DNA of 32,000 nt from Sinorhizobium meliloti (lineage in GTDB: Bacteria; Pseudomonadota; Alphaproteobacteria; Rhizobiales; Rhizobiaceae): the NCBI RefSeq assembly GCF_017876815.1, contig NZ_JAGIOS010000002.1, forward strand, positions 1,200,001 through 1,232,000, read 5' to 3'. The notes under the pieces are model-generated. The model ran no database searches, had not been told where the DNA came from, and worked only from the letters and a program-made list of their open reading frames with translations. Position numbers and translations under genes: made by a program. This document shows positions 17,093 to 25,473 of this stretch, piece after piece; the stretch's first letter is position 1; each line of letters opens with the position of its first letter.

Positions 17093-17187
17093 CCACTCGA
17101 ATCGACGCTCCGCCGGCCGTCTTGGCCGGCAGATCGATGCGTCGCGATACCCACTTCCCTGCAGGGATAGCCAATTCCCTGCCTACT

Positions 17188-17216
17188 GCCCGGCCATTCA
17201 GTGCCGGGCATTTTTT
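17188..17216 (+). terminator. intrinsic terminator after the MFS transporter gene
   Basis: GCCCGGC (17188-17194), loop CATTCAGT, GCCGGGC (17203-17209), then A and TTTTTT (17211-17216). Confidence 0.75.
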
Positions 17217-17258
17217 GTGGAGGGCGGAACTTGTCGTGAGGCGCTGCAGCAGTCACCG

Positions 17259-17286
17259 TTGACTCGACCGCAAGCACGAGTAAAGT
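17259..17286 (+). promoter_or_regulatory. sigma70-like promoter of the GntR-TRAP operon
   Basis: TTGACT (17259-17264), N16 spacer, TAAAGT (17281-17286). Confidence 0.5.
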
Positions 17287-17292
17287 ATGGGG

Positions 17293-17309
17293 AATTGGTA
17301 TGACCACTT
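17293..17309. promoter_or_regulatory. GntR/FadR-type palindromic operator
   Basis: AATTGGT-ATG-ACCACTT has 6/7 arms around the core TGGT-N3-ACCA. It lies immediately downstream of the -10 element and is followed by a perfect tandem CCACTTGG CCACTTGG (17304-17319). Confidence 0.55.
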
Positions 17310-17343
17310 GGCCACTTGGCCGCAGGTCGCCTCAACGGGGATC

Positions 17344-18087
17344 ATGATGTTCTCTGCCGTGGAATCGCGTCGCCTCTATCGCCAGGTGGCGGATCAGATG
17401 CGAGCCCTGATCGAAAGGGGCGAACTGGCGCACGGTTCGCGGCTTCCGGCGGAGCGCGAGCTGGCGCAGATGTTCGGCGTGTCGCGACCCACAATCCGAG
17501 AAGCATTGATAGTCCTCGAGGTGGAAGGCTTCATCGACATCCGCATGGGTTCGGGCATCTATGTGACGGCGCGTCCGGCGCCTGCGGCCGATGCGCCGCC
17601 CGAGGATTTCGAAGGTCCCTTCGAATTGTTGCGGGCCAGGGCAGTGGTCGAATGCGCCATCGCCGAGGAAGCGGCCCGGCTGGCACGCCCGGAGCATATC
17701 TCCGTTCTCGACGACAATCTGGCCCGGATGGCCGCCGCACTCGAGGATCGCCGCCTCGCGCTTGCGATCGATCGCGAGTTTCACGTTATCGTTTCGAGCA
17801 TCATCGCCAATCAGACGCTGAACCGTTTCGTCGGCAGCATCCACGACATGCGCATGACGCCCTATTTCGAAAAGCTCGCGAGCTATTTCGAAAACACCGA
17901 GACCTGGAGGGCCGCGATGGAGGAGCATCGCGTCATTCGCGACGCGATCGCACTCGGGGATCCCGCTGCCGCGCGCGCAGCCATGCGCGCGCATCTCGAT
18001 CAATCTCAGCTTCGCCTGTCCGCGAGCTTCGGAGAGGAGCCATCTGACAGCACGATACCCGCCGCGTGGAGGCGCGTCGGGCGGTAA
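17344..18087 (+). CDS. GntR-family (FadR/FCD subfamily) transcriptional regulator
   Basis: LYRQVADQMRALIERGELAHGSRLPAERELAQMFGVSRPTIREALIVLEVEGFI is the wHTH, followed by a helical FCD domain. I prefer the ATG at 17344 (GGGGA RBS) because the track start at 17287 lies inside the promoter/operator. Confidence 0.8.
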   Translation: MMFSAVESRRLYRQVADQMRALIERGELAHGSRLPAERELAQMFGVSRPTIREALIVLEVEGFIDIRMGSGIYVTARPAPAADAPPEDFEGPFELLRARAVVECAIAEEAARLARPEHISVLDDNLARMAAALEDRRLALAIDREFHVIVSSIIANQTLNRFVGSIHDMRMTPYFEKLASYFENTETWRAAMEEHRVIRDAIALGDPAAARAAMRAHLDQSQLRLSASFGEEPSDSTIPAAWRRVGR

Positions 18088-18126
18088 TCCACACAGCGAC
18101 GACTTCACTTTGGGAGGAGGAAAAAG

Positions 18127-19101
18127 ATGACGATCAGACTGTTGACGCTACTCGGTGCCACCGCGACGATCCTGGCATCAGCCCTATCGGCTCATGCCCA
18201 GACGGCGCTCAAATGGGCCCATGTCTACGAAACGTCGGAGCCGTTCCATACCGAGTCCGTCTGGGCGGCGGAAGAGATCGCCAAGCGCACCGAAGGGCGT
18301 TACAAGATCGACGTGTTCCCGGCGTCGCAGCTCGGCAAGGAAGCGGATATCAATCAGGGCCTGAAGCTCGGCACCGTCGATATCATCATTTCGGGCTCGA
18401 GCTTCGCCGCCCGCGATCATGCGCCGATCGGCGTCACCTATTTTCCCTATATCTTCCGCGACCCCGCCCATATGATCGCCTATACCAAGAGCGACGTATT
18501 CAAGCGCCTGGCCGCAGGATATGAGGAGGCTTCGGGCAACCACATCACGGCCGTCACCTATTACGGTACGCGCCACACCACATCGAACAGGCCGATCGCC
18601 AAATGCGCCGACATGCAGGGCCTGAAAATGCGTGTACCGGATGTTCCGGCCTACCTCGCCATGCCGCGGGCCTGCGGTGCCAACACCACGCCGATCGCCT
18701 TTGCCGAGGTCTATCTCGCGCTCCAGAACGGCACCGTCGAAGCTCAGGAAAATCCGCTGACGACGATCGAGGCGAAAAAGTTCTTCGAAGTGCAGAAGCA
18801 TATCGTGCTGACGGGCCACATCGTCGATCATCTGAACACGGTCGTTTCGAAGAACCTCTGGTCGCAGCTCTCCGATGCCGACAAGCAGATCTTCACCGAG
18901 GTGATGCAGGAGGCGGCCGTGCGTGCCACCAAGATCATCGAAGAGCGCGAGAAGGAGCTCGTCGCCACCTTCAAGGAGCGCGGCATCGAGGTGACCGAGG
19001 TCGACAGGGCCGACTTCGAGAAGACCGTCAATGAAAAGGTGAAGCTCGAAGACTTCGGCTACAACAAGGAAGATTGGGAGGCTATCCGCGCCATCAAGTG
19101 A
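18127..19101 (+). CDS. dctP: TRAP transporter substrate-binding protein (DctP family)
   Basis: RBS GGGAGGAGG. Signal peptide MTIRLLTLLGATATILASALSAHA. DctP-type fold with the conserved Arg region (YYGTRHTT). Confidence 0.85.
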   Translation: MTIRLLTLLGATATILASALSAHAQTALKWAHVYETSEPFHTESVWAAEEIAKRTEGRYKIDVFPASQLGKEADINQGLKLGTVDIIISGSSFAARDHAPIGVTYFPYIFRDPAHMIAYTKSDVFKRLAAGYEEASGNHITAVTYYGTRHTTSNRPIAKCADMQGLKMRVPDVPAYLAMPRACGANTTPIAFAEVYLALQNGTVEAQENPLTTIEAKKFFEVQKHIVLTGHIVDHLNTVVSKNLWSQLSDADKQIFTEVMQEAAVRATKIIEEREKELVATFKERGIEVTEVDRADFEKTVNEKVKLEDFGYNKEDWEAIRAIK

Positions 19102-19110
19102 ACCACTCTC

Positions 19111-19149
19111 GCCGGCTCGCCTTCCATGGCGGGCCGGCGTTTCGTTTTT
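19111..19149 (+). terminator. intercistronic terminator/attenuator-like hairpin after dctP
   Basis: GCCGGCTCGCC (19111-19121), loop TTCCAT, GGCGGGCCGGC (19128-19138; one G-U pair), followed by GTTTCGTTTTT. Confidence 0.6.
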
Positions 19150-19168
19150 CCAGAAGCCGGATGATGCC

Positions 19169-19741
19169 ATGTCCCAGGAAGTCCATTTGCAAACGACGCC
19201 AGAAGAAATCGCCCATGCCTTCGACGAGGCCCCGCCGGCCGCGGATCTCTCCAACTATGCCTTCGAGGATTGGGTGACGCTCGCCGTCTTCTGGCTGATG
19301 GCCGGATGCGTGTTTCTGCAGTTCTTCACCCGTTACGTGCTCAACGATTCCTATGCCTGGACGGAGGAAATCGCCACGAACTGCCTGATCGGCGTCGTGT
19401 TTCTGGGCTCCGTCATGTGCGTGCGCCTGTCGCGCCACATCCAGGTCGACGTGCTCTATCATTATCTGCCGCTACCCGTCGCCCGAGCCCTGGCGATCTT
19501 CGTGGATCTCGTTCGCATCGTCTTCTTCGCCTATGCCTGCTGGCTGATGTGGCGCTACGTGGCTATCGTCGCCCACGAACGCATGGTCACAGTAGACCTG
19601 CCGCGCAACATCGTCTTCTATAGCGTGATGGCCGGTTTCGTGCTGATGCTGATCCGCTCCATCCAGGTCTTCGTGGCCAATCAGCGCCGCGGCTATTCGG
19701 TTCTCGAAAAGCCCGAGGAATTCCACAAGGTCGAGGACTGA
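19169..19741 (+). CDS. dctQ: TRAP transporter small permease (DctQ family)
   Basis: 190 aa with four hydrophobic helices. Located between dctP and dctM. Confidence 0.8.
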   Translation: MSQEVHLQTTPEEIAHAFDEAPPAADLSNYAFEDWVTLAVFWLMAGCVFLQFFTRYVLNDSYAWTEEIATNCLIGVVFLGSVMCVRLSRHIQVDVLYHYLPLPVARALAIFVDLVRIVFFAYACWLMWRYVAIVAHERMVTVDLPRNIVFYSVMAGFVLMLIRSIQVFVANQRRGYSVLEKPEEFHKVED

Positions 19742-19746
19742 TCCCC

Positions 19747-21153
19747 ATGCTCCTGCTCGTCGGTTCCTTTCTCGTACTCATGCTGGTCGGCGTCCCCGTC
19801 GCCATCTCCATGGCCGCAGCGTCGGTGCTCTATCTGGTCTCCTACAATGTCGCCCCCGACATCATCGCGGCGCAGCGGATGATTGCCGGCGTCGAAAGCT
19901 TTCCGCTGCTCGCGGTGCCTTTTTTCATCCTCGCCGGCAATCTCATGAACTCCGCCGGCGTCACCGGCCGCATCTATTCCTTCGCGGTCGCCCTCGTCGG
20001 CTGGATGAAGGGCGGGCTGGCACAGGTCAACATCGTCGGCTCGGTGATCTTCTCCGGCATGTCGGGCACCGCGCTTGCGGACGCCGCCGGCATCGGCACA
20101 ATCGAGATCAAGGCCATGAAGGATCACGGCTATCCAATCGATGCGGCGGTCGGCGTCACCGCCGCCTCGGCGACACTTGGCCCGATCTTCCCCCCGTCGC
20201 TGCCTTTCGTCATCTACGGCATGATGGCGAACGTCTCGATCGGCGCGCTGTTCATGGCCGGTGTCGTGCCGGGCGTGGTCATGACGGTGCTGATGATGCT
20301 GACGGTGGCGGTCTTCGCCTATAAGCGCGGCTGGGGCTCGGATACGCCTTTCGAAATGAAGCGGCTGCTGGCGGCCTCGCTCGAGGTCGTCGTCGTGCTT
20401 GCCGTACCGCTCTTCATCTATCTTCTGATGGCGGCCGGACTGTCGATGAACCTTGCGGTCGGCATCGCGCTCGTGGTGCTGCTTGCCCTCGACTGGTATT
20501 TCGACTTTTCCGCCGTCATGGCGCTGATGACACCCATCATTCTGATCGGCGGCATGACCATGGGGTGGTTCACGCCGACGGAAGCGGCCGTCGCCGCTGT
20601 GATCTGGTCGCTGTTCCTGGGTCTGGTACGCTACCGCACGATGACGTTGTCGACGCTCGCCCGGGCAACCTTCGACACGATCGAGACGACGGCATCAGTG
20701 CTCTTCATCGTCACGGCGGCGTCGATCTTCGCATGGCTCCTGACGGTCAGTCAGGCGGCGCAGATGCTCTCCGGGGCGATCCTGACGATCACCGACAATA
20801 AATGGGTTTTCCTTATCCTGGTGAACCTTCTGATGCTCTTCGTCGGCTGTTTTCTCGATACGATCGCAGCGATCACCATATTGGTGCCCATCCTTCTGCC
20901 ATTGACCGCCCAGTTCGGAATCGATCCCGTGCATTTCGGCCTGATCATGACGCTCAACCTGATGATCGGCCTGCTTCACCCTCCGCTCGGCATGGTGCTC
21001 TTCGTGCTGTCGCGGGTGGCGAAGCTCTCGGTCGAACGGACGACGATGGCGATCCTGCCGTGGCTCGTGCCGCTGTTCATCGCTCTCATTCTGATCACCT
21101 TCGTTCCGGCTGTCGTATTGTGGCTGCCGCAGTCCGTTGGACTGATCCGCTGA
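19747..21153 (+). CDS. dctM: TRAP transporter large permease (DctM family)
   Basis: 468 aa and highly hydrophobic. MLLLVGSFLVLMLVGVPVAISMAAAS... is the typical DctM N-terminus. RBS GAGGA. Confidence 0.88.
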   Translation: MLLLVGSFLVLMLVGVPVAISMAAASVLYLVSYNVAPDIIAAQRMIAGVESFPLLAVPFFILAGNLMNSAGVTGRIYSFAVALVGWMKGGLAQVNIVGSVIFSGMSGTALADAAGIGTIEIKAMKDHGYPIDAAVGVTAASATLGPIFPPSLPFVIYGMMANVSIGALFMAGVVPGVVMTVLMMLTVAVFAYKRGWGSDTPFEMKRLLAASLEVVVVLAVPLFIYLLMAAGLSMNLAVGIALVVLLALDWYFDFSAVMALMTPIILIGGMTMGWFTPTEAAVAAVIWSLFLGLVRYRTMTLSTLARATFDTIETTASVLFIVTAASIFAWLLTVSQAAQMLSGAILTITDNKWVFLILVNLLMLFVGCFLDTIAAITILVPILLPLTAQFGIDPVHFGLIMTLNLMIGLLHPPLGMVLFVLSRVAKLSVERTTMAILPWLVPLFIALILITFVPAVVLWLPQSVGLIR

Positions 21154-21167
21154 TGTCGGGAGCACCC

Positions 21168-22211
21168 ATGCGCACACGCCTTGCCCGGCTTTACGGCCCA
21201 CGCGATCTTCGGCTGGAGGTCGCCGACGTTCCCGCACCGGGGGATGGCGAGGTGCTGTTGAAGATGGCCGCAGGCGGCATCTGCGGCTCGGATCTTCACT
21301 ATTACCAGGACGGAGGATTCGGCCCCGTCCGGGTTCGTGAGCCGATCATACCCGGCCACGAGGCCTCGGGACGCGTCGCGGCGCTCGGGGCCAGCGTCTC
21401 CGACCTTGCTATCGACAACCTTGTGGCGGTCAATCCGAGCCAGCCTTGCGGGACCTGTCGCTTTTGCGGGGAAGGACTTCCTGTCCATTGCCTCGACATG
21501 CGCTTCCTGGGCAGTGCAATGCGTCTCCCCCACACGCAGGGCATGTTCCGCGACTGGCTGGTGGTTCCGGCCGTCCAATGTTATCCCGCGGGCTCGCAGG
21601 TGAGCCCCGGCGAGGCAGCCTGCGCCGAGCCGCTGGCGGTCTGCCTTCACGCGGTCGCCCAGGCGGACGAAATCAGGGGAAAGAAGGTACTCGTCACCGG
21701 AGCGGGGCCGATCGGCGCGCTCGTGGTGGCGGCGGCGCGCCATGCGGGCGCCGATGAGATCGTCGTGACGGATCTGGCCGATGCGGCACTCGACAGGGCC
21801 AAGGCCATGGGAGCGACCCGCATCGTCAATGTCCGTCGCGATCCGGCCGGGCTTGCCGCCTACGAGGCCGACAAGGGCAAGTTCCACGTGGCCTTCGAAT
21901 GCTCGGCCGCCGAGCCGGCACTACGCGGCGCGGTCGCGGCAGTTCGGCCGCGCGGCACGATCGTGCAGGTCGGCGTGACGGGCGAAATCACCCTGCCGCT
22001 CCATGCGCTGGTCGGCAAGGAGTTGCGGCTCGTCGGATCGCAGCGGTTCGACGGGGAATTCGCCCTTGCGGTCGCGCTCATCTCGGATCGCCGAATCGAC
22101 GTGCGGCCGATCATTTCCCATCAGTTTCCGGTCGACGAGGCGGTTCGGGCCTTCGAGCAGGCCGGCGATCGATCCACTGCATGCAAGGTGCAGCTGACAT
22201 TTCTTTCCTGA
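21168..22211 (+). CDS. zinc-dependent MDR dehydrogenase, L-idonate 5-dehydrogenase / sorbitol dehydrogenase-like
   Basis: GGICGSDLHYYQDGGFG...PGHEASGRV are the catalytic Zn ligands and LVTGAGPIGAL is the Rossmann motif. The ATG at 21168 lies 5 nt after GGGAG. An alternative ATG at 21153 overlaps the dctM stop. The track's 122-aa N-extension lies inside dctM. Confidence 0.82.
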   Translation: MRTRLARLYGPRDLRLEVADVPAPGDGEVLLKMAAGGICGSDLHYYQDGGFGPVRVREPIIPGHEASGRVAALGASVSDLAIDNLVAVNPSQPCGTCRFCGEGLPVHCLDMRFLGSAMRLPHTQGMFRDWLVVPAVQCYPAGSQVSPGEAACAEPLAVCLHAVAQADEIRGKKVLVTGAGPIGALVVAAARHAGADEIVVTDLADAALDRAKAMGATRIVNVRRDPAGLAAYEADKGKFHVAFECSAAEPALRGAVAAVRPRGTIVQVGVTGEITLPLHALVGKELRLVGSQRFDGEFALAVALISDRRIDVRPIISHQFPVDEAVRAFEQAGDRSTACKVQLTFLS

Positions 22212-22220
22212 GGAGTTCAC

Positions 22221-23429
22221 ATGCGACATACATGGCGTTGGTTCGGGCCGGTGGACAGGGTGAGCGTTCAAGACGCAGCGCAGGCCGGCGCGCACGGGAT
22301 CGTCAGCGCCCTGCATCACATTCCGACCGGCGACGTCTGGCCCGTCGAGGAGATCGGCAAGCGGCAGGAGGAGGTCCGCGCAGGCGGGCTGGAGTGGGAG
22401 GTGGTGGAAAGCGTCCCCGTTTCCGAGTGCATCAAGACGCAGACCGGTCCCTGGCGCGAACACGTCGCAAATTGGCAGGAAACGCTGCGCCGACTTTCAG
22501 CCGCCGGTATCCGGACGGTTTGCTACAATTTCATGCCGGTGCTCGACTGGACCCGCACCGATCTGCGCTGGACCGCGCGTCACGGCGCCAAGGCGATGCG
22601 CTTCGACCGGATCGACTTTGCAGCCTTCGACATCCATCTTCTTGAGCGGCCGGCCGCCCACGAAGACTACGACACGGCGACGCGTGAGGCAGCCGAGCGG
22701 CGGTTTCGTGAAATGACGGAGGAGCGGCGGCTCGCGCTCTCCCGCAATATCGGCGCGGGGCTCCCCGGCTCCGCCGACGGCTACAGTCTGCCGCAGCTTC
22801 GAGAACATCTGCGCACCTATGACGGCGTCAGTCGCGAAAAGTTGCAGCGTCACCTGGTGGAGTTCCTCGCGGAGGTAACGCCGGTGGCGGAACGGGCGGG
22901 CATCAACATCTGTGCCCATCCCGACGATCCGCCATGGGCGCTGCTCGGCCTGCCGCGCATTCTCTCGAACGCAGAAGATTACGCCTTCATGCTGCGGGAG
23001 GTCGACAGCCCGGCCAATGGCGTCACCCTCTGCACGGGCTCTCTCGGCGCCCTTGCCGCCAACGACCTGCCGGCCATGGCCCGCCAGTTCGCGTCCCGCA
23101 TTCATTTCGTCCACCTGCGCAACGTCCTTCGCGAGGAGGTACGGACACCCTGTTCCTTCTACGAGGACGAGCATCTGGAGGGCGACACGGACATGGTGGC
23201 CGTCATTGCCGAACTGCTCAAGGAAGAGCAGCGGCGGCGCACAGCCGGACGGGTAGACCACCAGATTCCGATGCGGCCGGATCACGGGCAGGAGATTCTC
23301 GACGACCTTTCCCGTGGGGCTCAGCCCGGCTATCCGGCGATTGGTCGCCTGAAGGGGCTTGCGGAATTGCGCGGCATTGAGCGGGCGCTCTCGCACGCGA
23401 CCTATGGACTGTCTGCCGCGACTCGTTGA
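22221..23429 (+). CDS. uxuA: mannonate dehydratase
   Basis: MRHTWRWFGPVDRVSVQDAAQAGAHGIVSALHHIPTGDVW... is the characteristic UxuA N-terminus. 402 aa. RBS GAGGAG. Confidence 0.9.
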   Translation: MRHTWRWFGPVDRVSVQDAAQAGAHGIVSALHHIPTGDVWPVEEIGKRQEEVRAGGLEWEVVESVPVSECIKTQTGPWREHVANWQETLRRLSAAGIRTVCYNFMPVLDWTRTDLRWTARHGAKAMRFDRIDFAAFDIHLLERPAAHEDYDTATREAAERRFREMTEERRLALSRNIGAGLPGSADGYSLPQLREHLRTYDGVSREKLQRHLVEFLAEVTPVAERAGINICAHPDDPPWALLGLPRILSNAEDYAFMLREVDSPANGVTLCTGSLGALAANDLPAMARQFASRIHFVHLRNVLREEVRTPCSFYEDEHLEGDTDMVAVIAELLKEEQRRRTAGRVDHQIPMRPDHGQEILDDLSRGAQPGYPAIGRLKGLAELRGIERALSHATYGLSAATR

Positions 23430-23704
23430 TCCTTACGTCCGCAGCGTCCGGAAATCGATCCATCGTGACAAGATGGATCGGCCGCCGCCGCGTGCCTTCA
23501 GCCGACTTCAATCGTTAGCCATCTTTCCGCCGGAATCACGCAAATTAACTCTCTGCAGTCGTGCGCCATTGACCGCGACACGTTCCGCGATAATTTTTCT
23601 GGCAATGGCAGGGTTCGGAAACGGCAATTGACATGCATCGAAGATAACGAATTGTAGCCTCAGGGGCTTGCTCGGGCGACACGGAACGGAAGGGAAAGGC
23701 GAGG

Positions 23705-25399
23705 ATGCCGGACGGCGACACGACACTGCCTGCTTCATCTTCCATCGAGGCCCACTTTTTCGCCCATTCCGACGAACTTGTCTCGCTTTATGACGAGAGT
23801 TTTCAGCTCGTCGAGTGCACGCCGCGGCACAGACAAACCTATGCCGTCGATTCTCTCGTCGAGACGTCCCTTTGGCACATCTATCCGGAACTGCTGGCGC
23901 CCGGGCCGAAGTCCGCCATCGAATTCGTGGTCGCAAGCGGATTGCCGCGAACCGTCGAGATCGCCCACCCATCGACCGGGAGCCGACGCACGCTCGTCAT
24001 TTTCCGAAGTGCGGGCGGCATCGGTGTCGTCGAAGCTGAAAGCAGTTCCACCTACCGCGAAACGCTCAGTCAGGGCGAGAGCGATCGTGCTCTTCTCCTG
24101 CATCAGGCGACCCATGACGTCCTCACCGGATTGCCCAACCGCCGGCAGTTCAGCGATCAGTTGCGGGGCGCATTGCCTGTGCCCAACGGCGCCCGATTGG
24201 CGCTCATGCAGATCGATTTGGACGACTTCAAGCCGATCAACGACACATTGGGGCACGGGGCAGGCGACGCCGTGCTCAAGATGGCGGCGGACCGGATCAG
24301 GAGCGTGCTGAGGGATCGGGAATTCGCGTACCGTCTAGCCGGGGACGAGTTCGCGGTCATTCAGTGGAGGGCCGATCAGCCGAGCGAGGCAGAACGTCTG
24401 GCCGACGCACTGATCAACGCCTTCAAGGAACCGTTCACGGTCGAGGGCATCAACGTCTTCGTCGGAGCAAGCGTCGGAATTGCCGTCGCGCCGGCGGACG
24501 GCAACGAGGTCGAGCAACTGATGAAAGCTGCCGATATCGCGCTGTATGCTGCCAAGAAGGACGGTCGCGGTCGGTCGAGTACGTTCACCCGCTCGATGCT
24601 CATCGTGCTGGAACAAAGGGAAATGTTGCGCCGAAGCCTGCGCACAGCCCTTCAGGAGGGGCAGTTCTTCCTAGAATATCAGCCATTGGTGAAGCCCTCC
24701 TCGTCGGTCGTCGGTTTCGAAGCGCTTTTGCGGTGGCGTCACCCGCTGGTCGGCATCATCCCTCCGAATGTCTTCATTCCGATGGCGGAAGCTGACGGTC
24801 TGATGAGCGACATCGGGCGATGGCTGCTGGAGCGGGCGTGCCGGGCAGCCATGGACTGGCCGTCCCATTTCACGATCGCCGTCAATTTGTCTCCCGCCGA
24901 ATTCCTCCACGAGGGGCTTACGGACCGCGTGGCCCAGACGCTCGACCTGGTCGGCATGCGCGCAGACCGCCTCGAGCTCGAAATCACCGAGTCGGTGCTT
25001 CTGGAGCGTACGATCAACAATCTCGATACACTCAATACCTTGAATGTGTTGGGTGTGCAGATTTCGCTAGATGATTTCGGCACTTTCTATTCGTCGTTGA
25101 GCTACCTGAAGAATTTCCCTTTCGACACGATCAAGATCGACCAATATTTCATCAAGGACCTGGAAAGGGACGAGAAAAGCCAGACGATCGTGCGCTCCAT
25201 CATCGCGCTCGCCCACGGCCTAGGCATGGATGTTACCGCCGAAGGAGTGGAGACCGCGGAGCAGGCAACCTGGCTTCAGAAAGAAGGCTGCGACCGCCTG
25301 CAGGGATATTTTTTAGGGGTGCCGATGCGTGCAGAAGCAATAGCCGACTTTCTCCGCAAAACGCCGGCCATCCCTGCGGCAGGTCTTCAGCGAACATGA
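23705..25399 (+). CDS. PAS-like / GGDEF(AGDEF) / EAL c-di-GMP turnover protein
   Basis: The GGDEF domain has A-site RLAGDEF (AGDEF at 24338-24352). The EAL domain has EAL (24719-24727), NLS, ELEITES, DDFGTFYSSL (25070-25087), KIDQ, EGVET and QGYF. Confidence 0.88.
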   Translation: MPDGDTTLPASSSIEAHFFAHSDELVSLYDESFQLVECTPRHRQTYAVDSLVETSLWHIYPELLAPGPKSAIEFVVASGLPRTVEIAHPSTGSRRTLVIFRSAGGIGVVEAESSSTYRETLSQGESDRALLLHQATHDVLTGLPNRRQFSDQLRGALPVPNGARLALMQIDLDDFKPINDTLGHGAGDAVLKMAADRIRSVLRDREFAYRLAGDEFAVIQWRADQPSEAERLADALINAFKEPFTVEGINVFVGASVGIAVAPADGNEVEQLMKAADIALYAAKKDGRGRSSTFTRSMLIVLEQREMLRRSLRTALQEGQFFLEYQPLVKPSSSVVGFEALLRWRHPLVGIIPPNVFIPMAEADGLMSDIGRWLLERACRAAMDWPSHFTIAVNLSPAEFLHEGLTDRVAQTLDLVGMRADRLELEITESVLLERTINNLDTLNTLNVLGVQISLDDFGTFYSSLSYLKNFPFDTIKIDQYFIKDLERDEKSQTIVRSIIALAHGLGMDVTAEGVETAEQATWLQKEGCDRLQGYFLGVPMRAEAIADFLRKTPAIPAAGLQRT

Positions 25400-25473
25400 A
25401 GTGGGTCAATGCCGGGAATTATTTCGTCTAGCCTTTGAACCTCGTGACGTTTTTGCGTAAGGGAGGAAGCCGC

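Noticed and set aside
17287-17343. Upstream ATG (17287) as the start of the GntR regulator
   Set aside because: This ATG lies directly after the -10 hexamer and before the palindromic operator. The encoded MGNWYDHLATWPQVASTGI extension is the translated operator/tandem repeat. The ATG at 17344 gives a normal-length N-terminus before the wHTH.
18184-19254. 356-aa minus-strand ORF antisense to dctP
   Set aside because: Shadow ORF without motifs. The plus strand has a strong RBS, a signal peptide and a DctP fold.
20802-21167. 122-aa N-terminal extension of the idonate-dehydrogenase-like ORF
   Set aside because: It lies entirely inside dctM in another frame and is Arg/Pro-rich. Real start candidates (21153, 21168) sit at the dctM stop with an RBS.
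23456-23480. Inverted repeat CGATCCATC-N7-GATGGATCG after uxuA as an intrinsic terminator
   Set aside because: It has a perfect 9-bp stem but is followed by GCCGCCGCC, with no T-tract. It may be a protein-binding site or a weak structure, and I cannot support a terminator call.
23628-23656. Possible sigma70 promoter TTGACA-N17-ATTGTA upstream of the AGDEF-EAL gene
   Set aside because: The -35 element is perfect but the -10 is poor, so this is not distinguishable from chance without TSS data.
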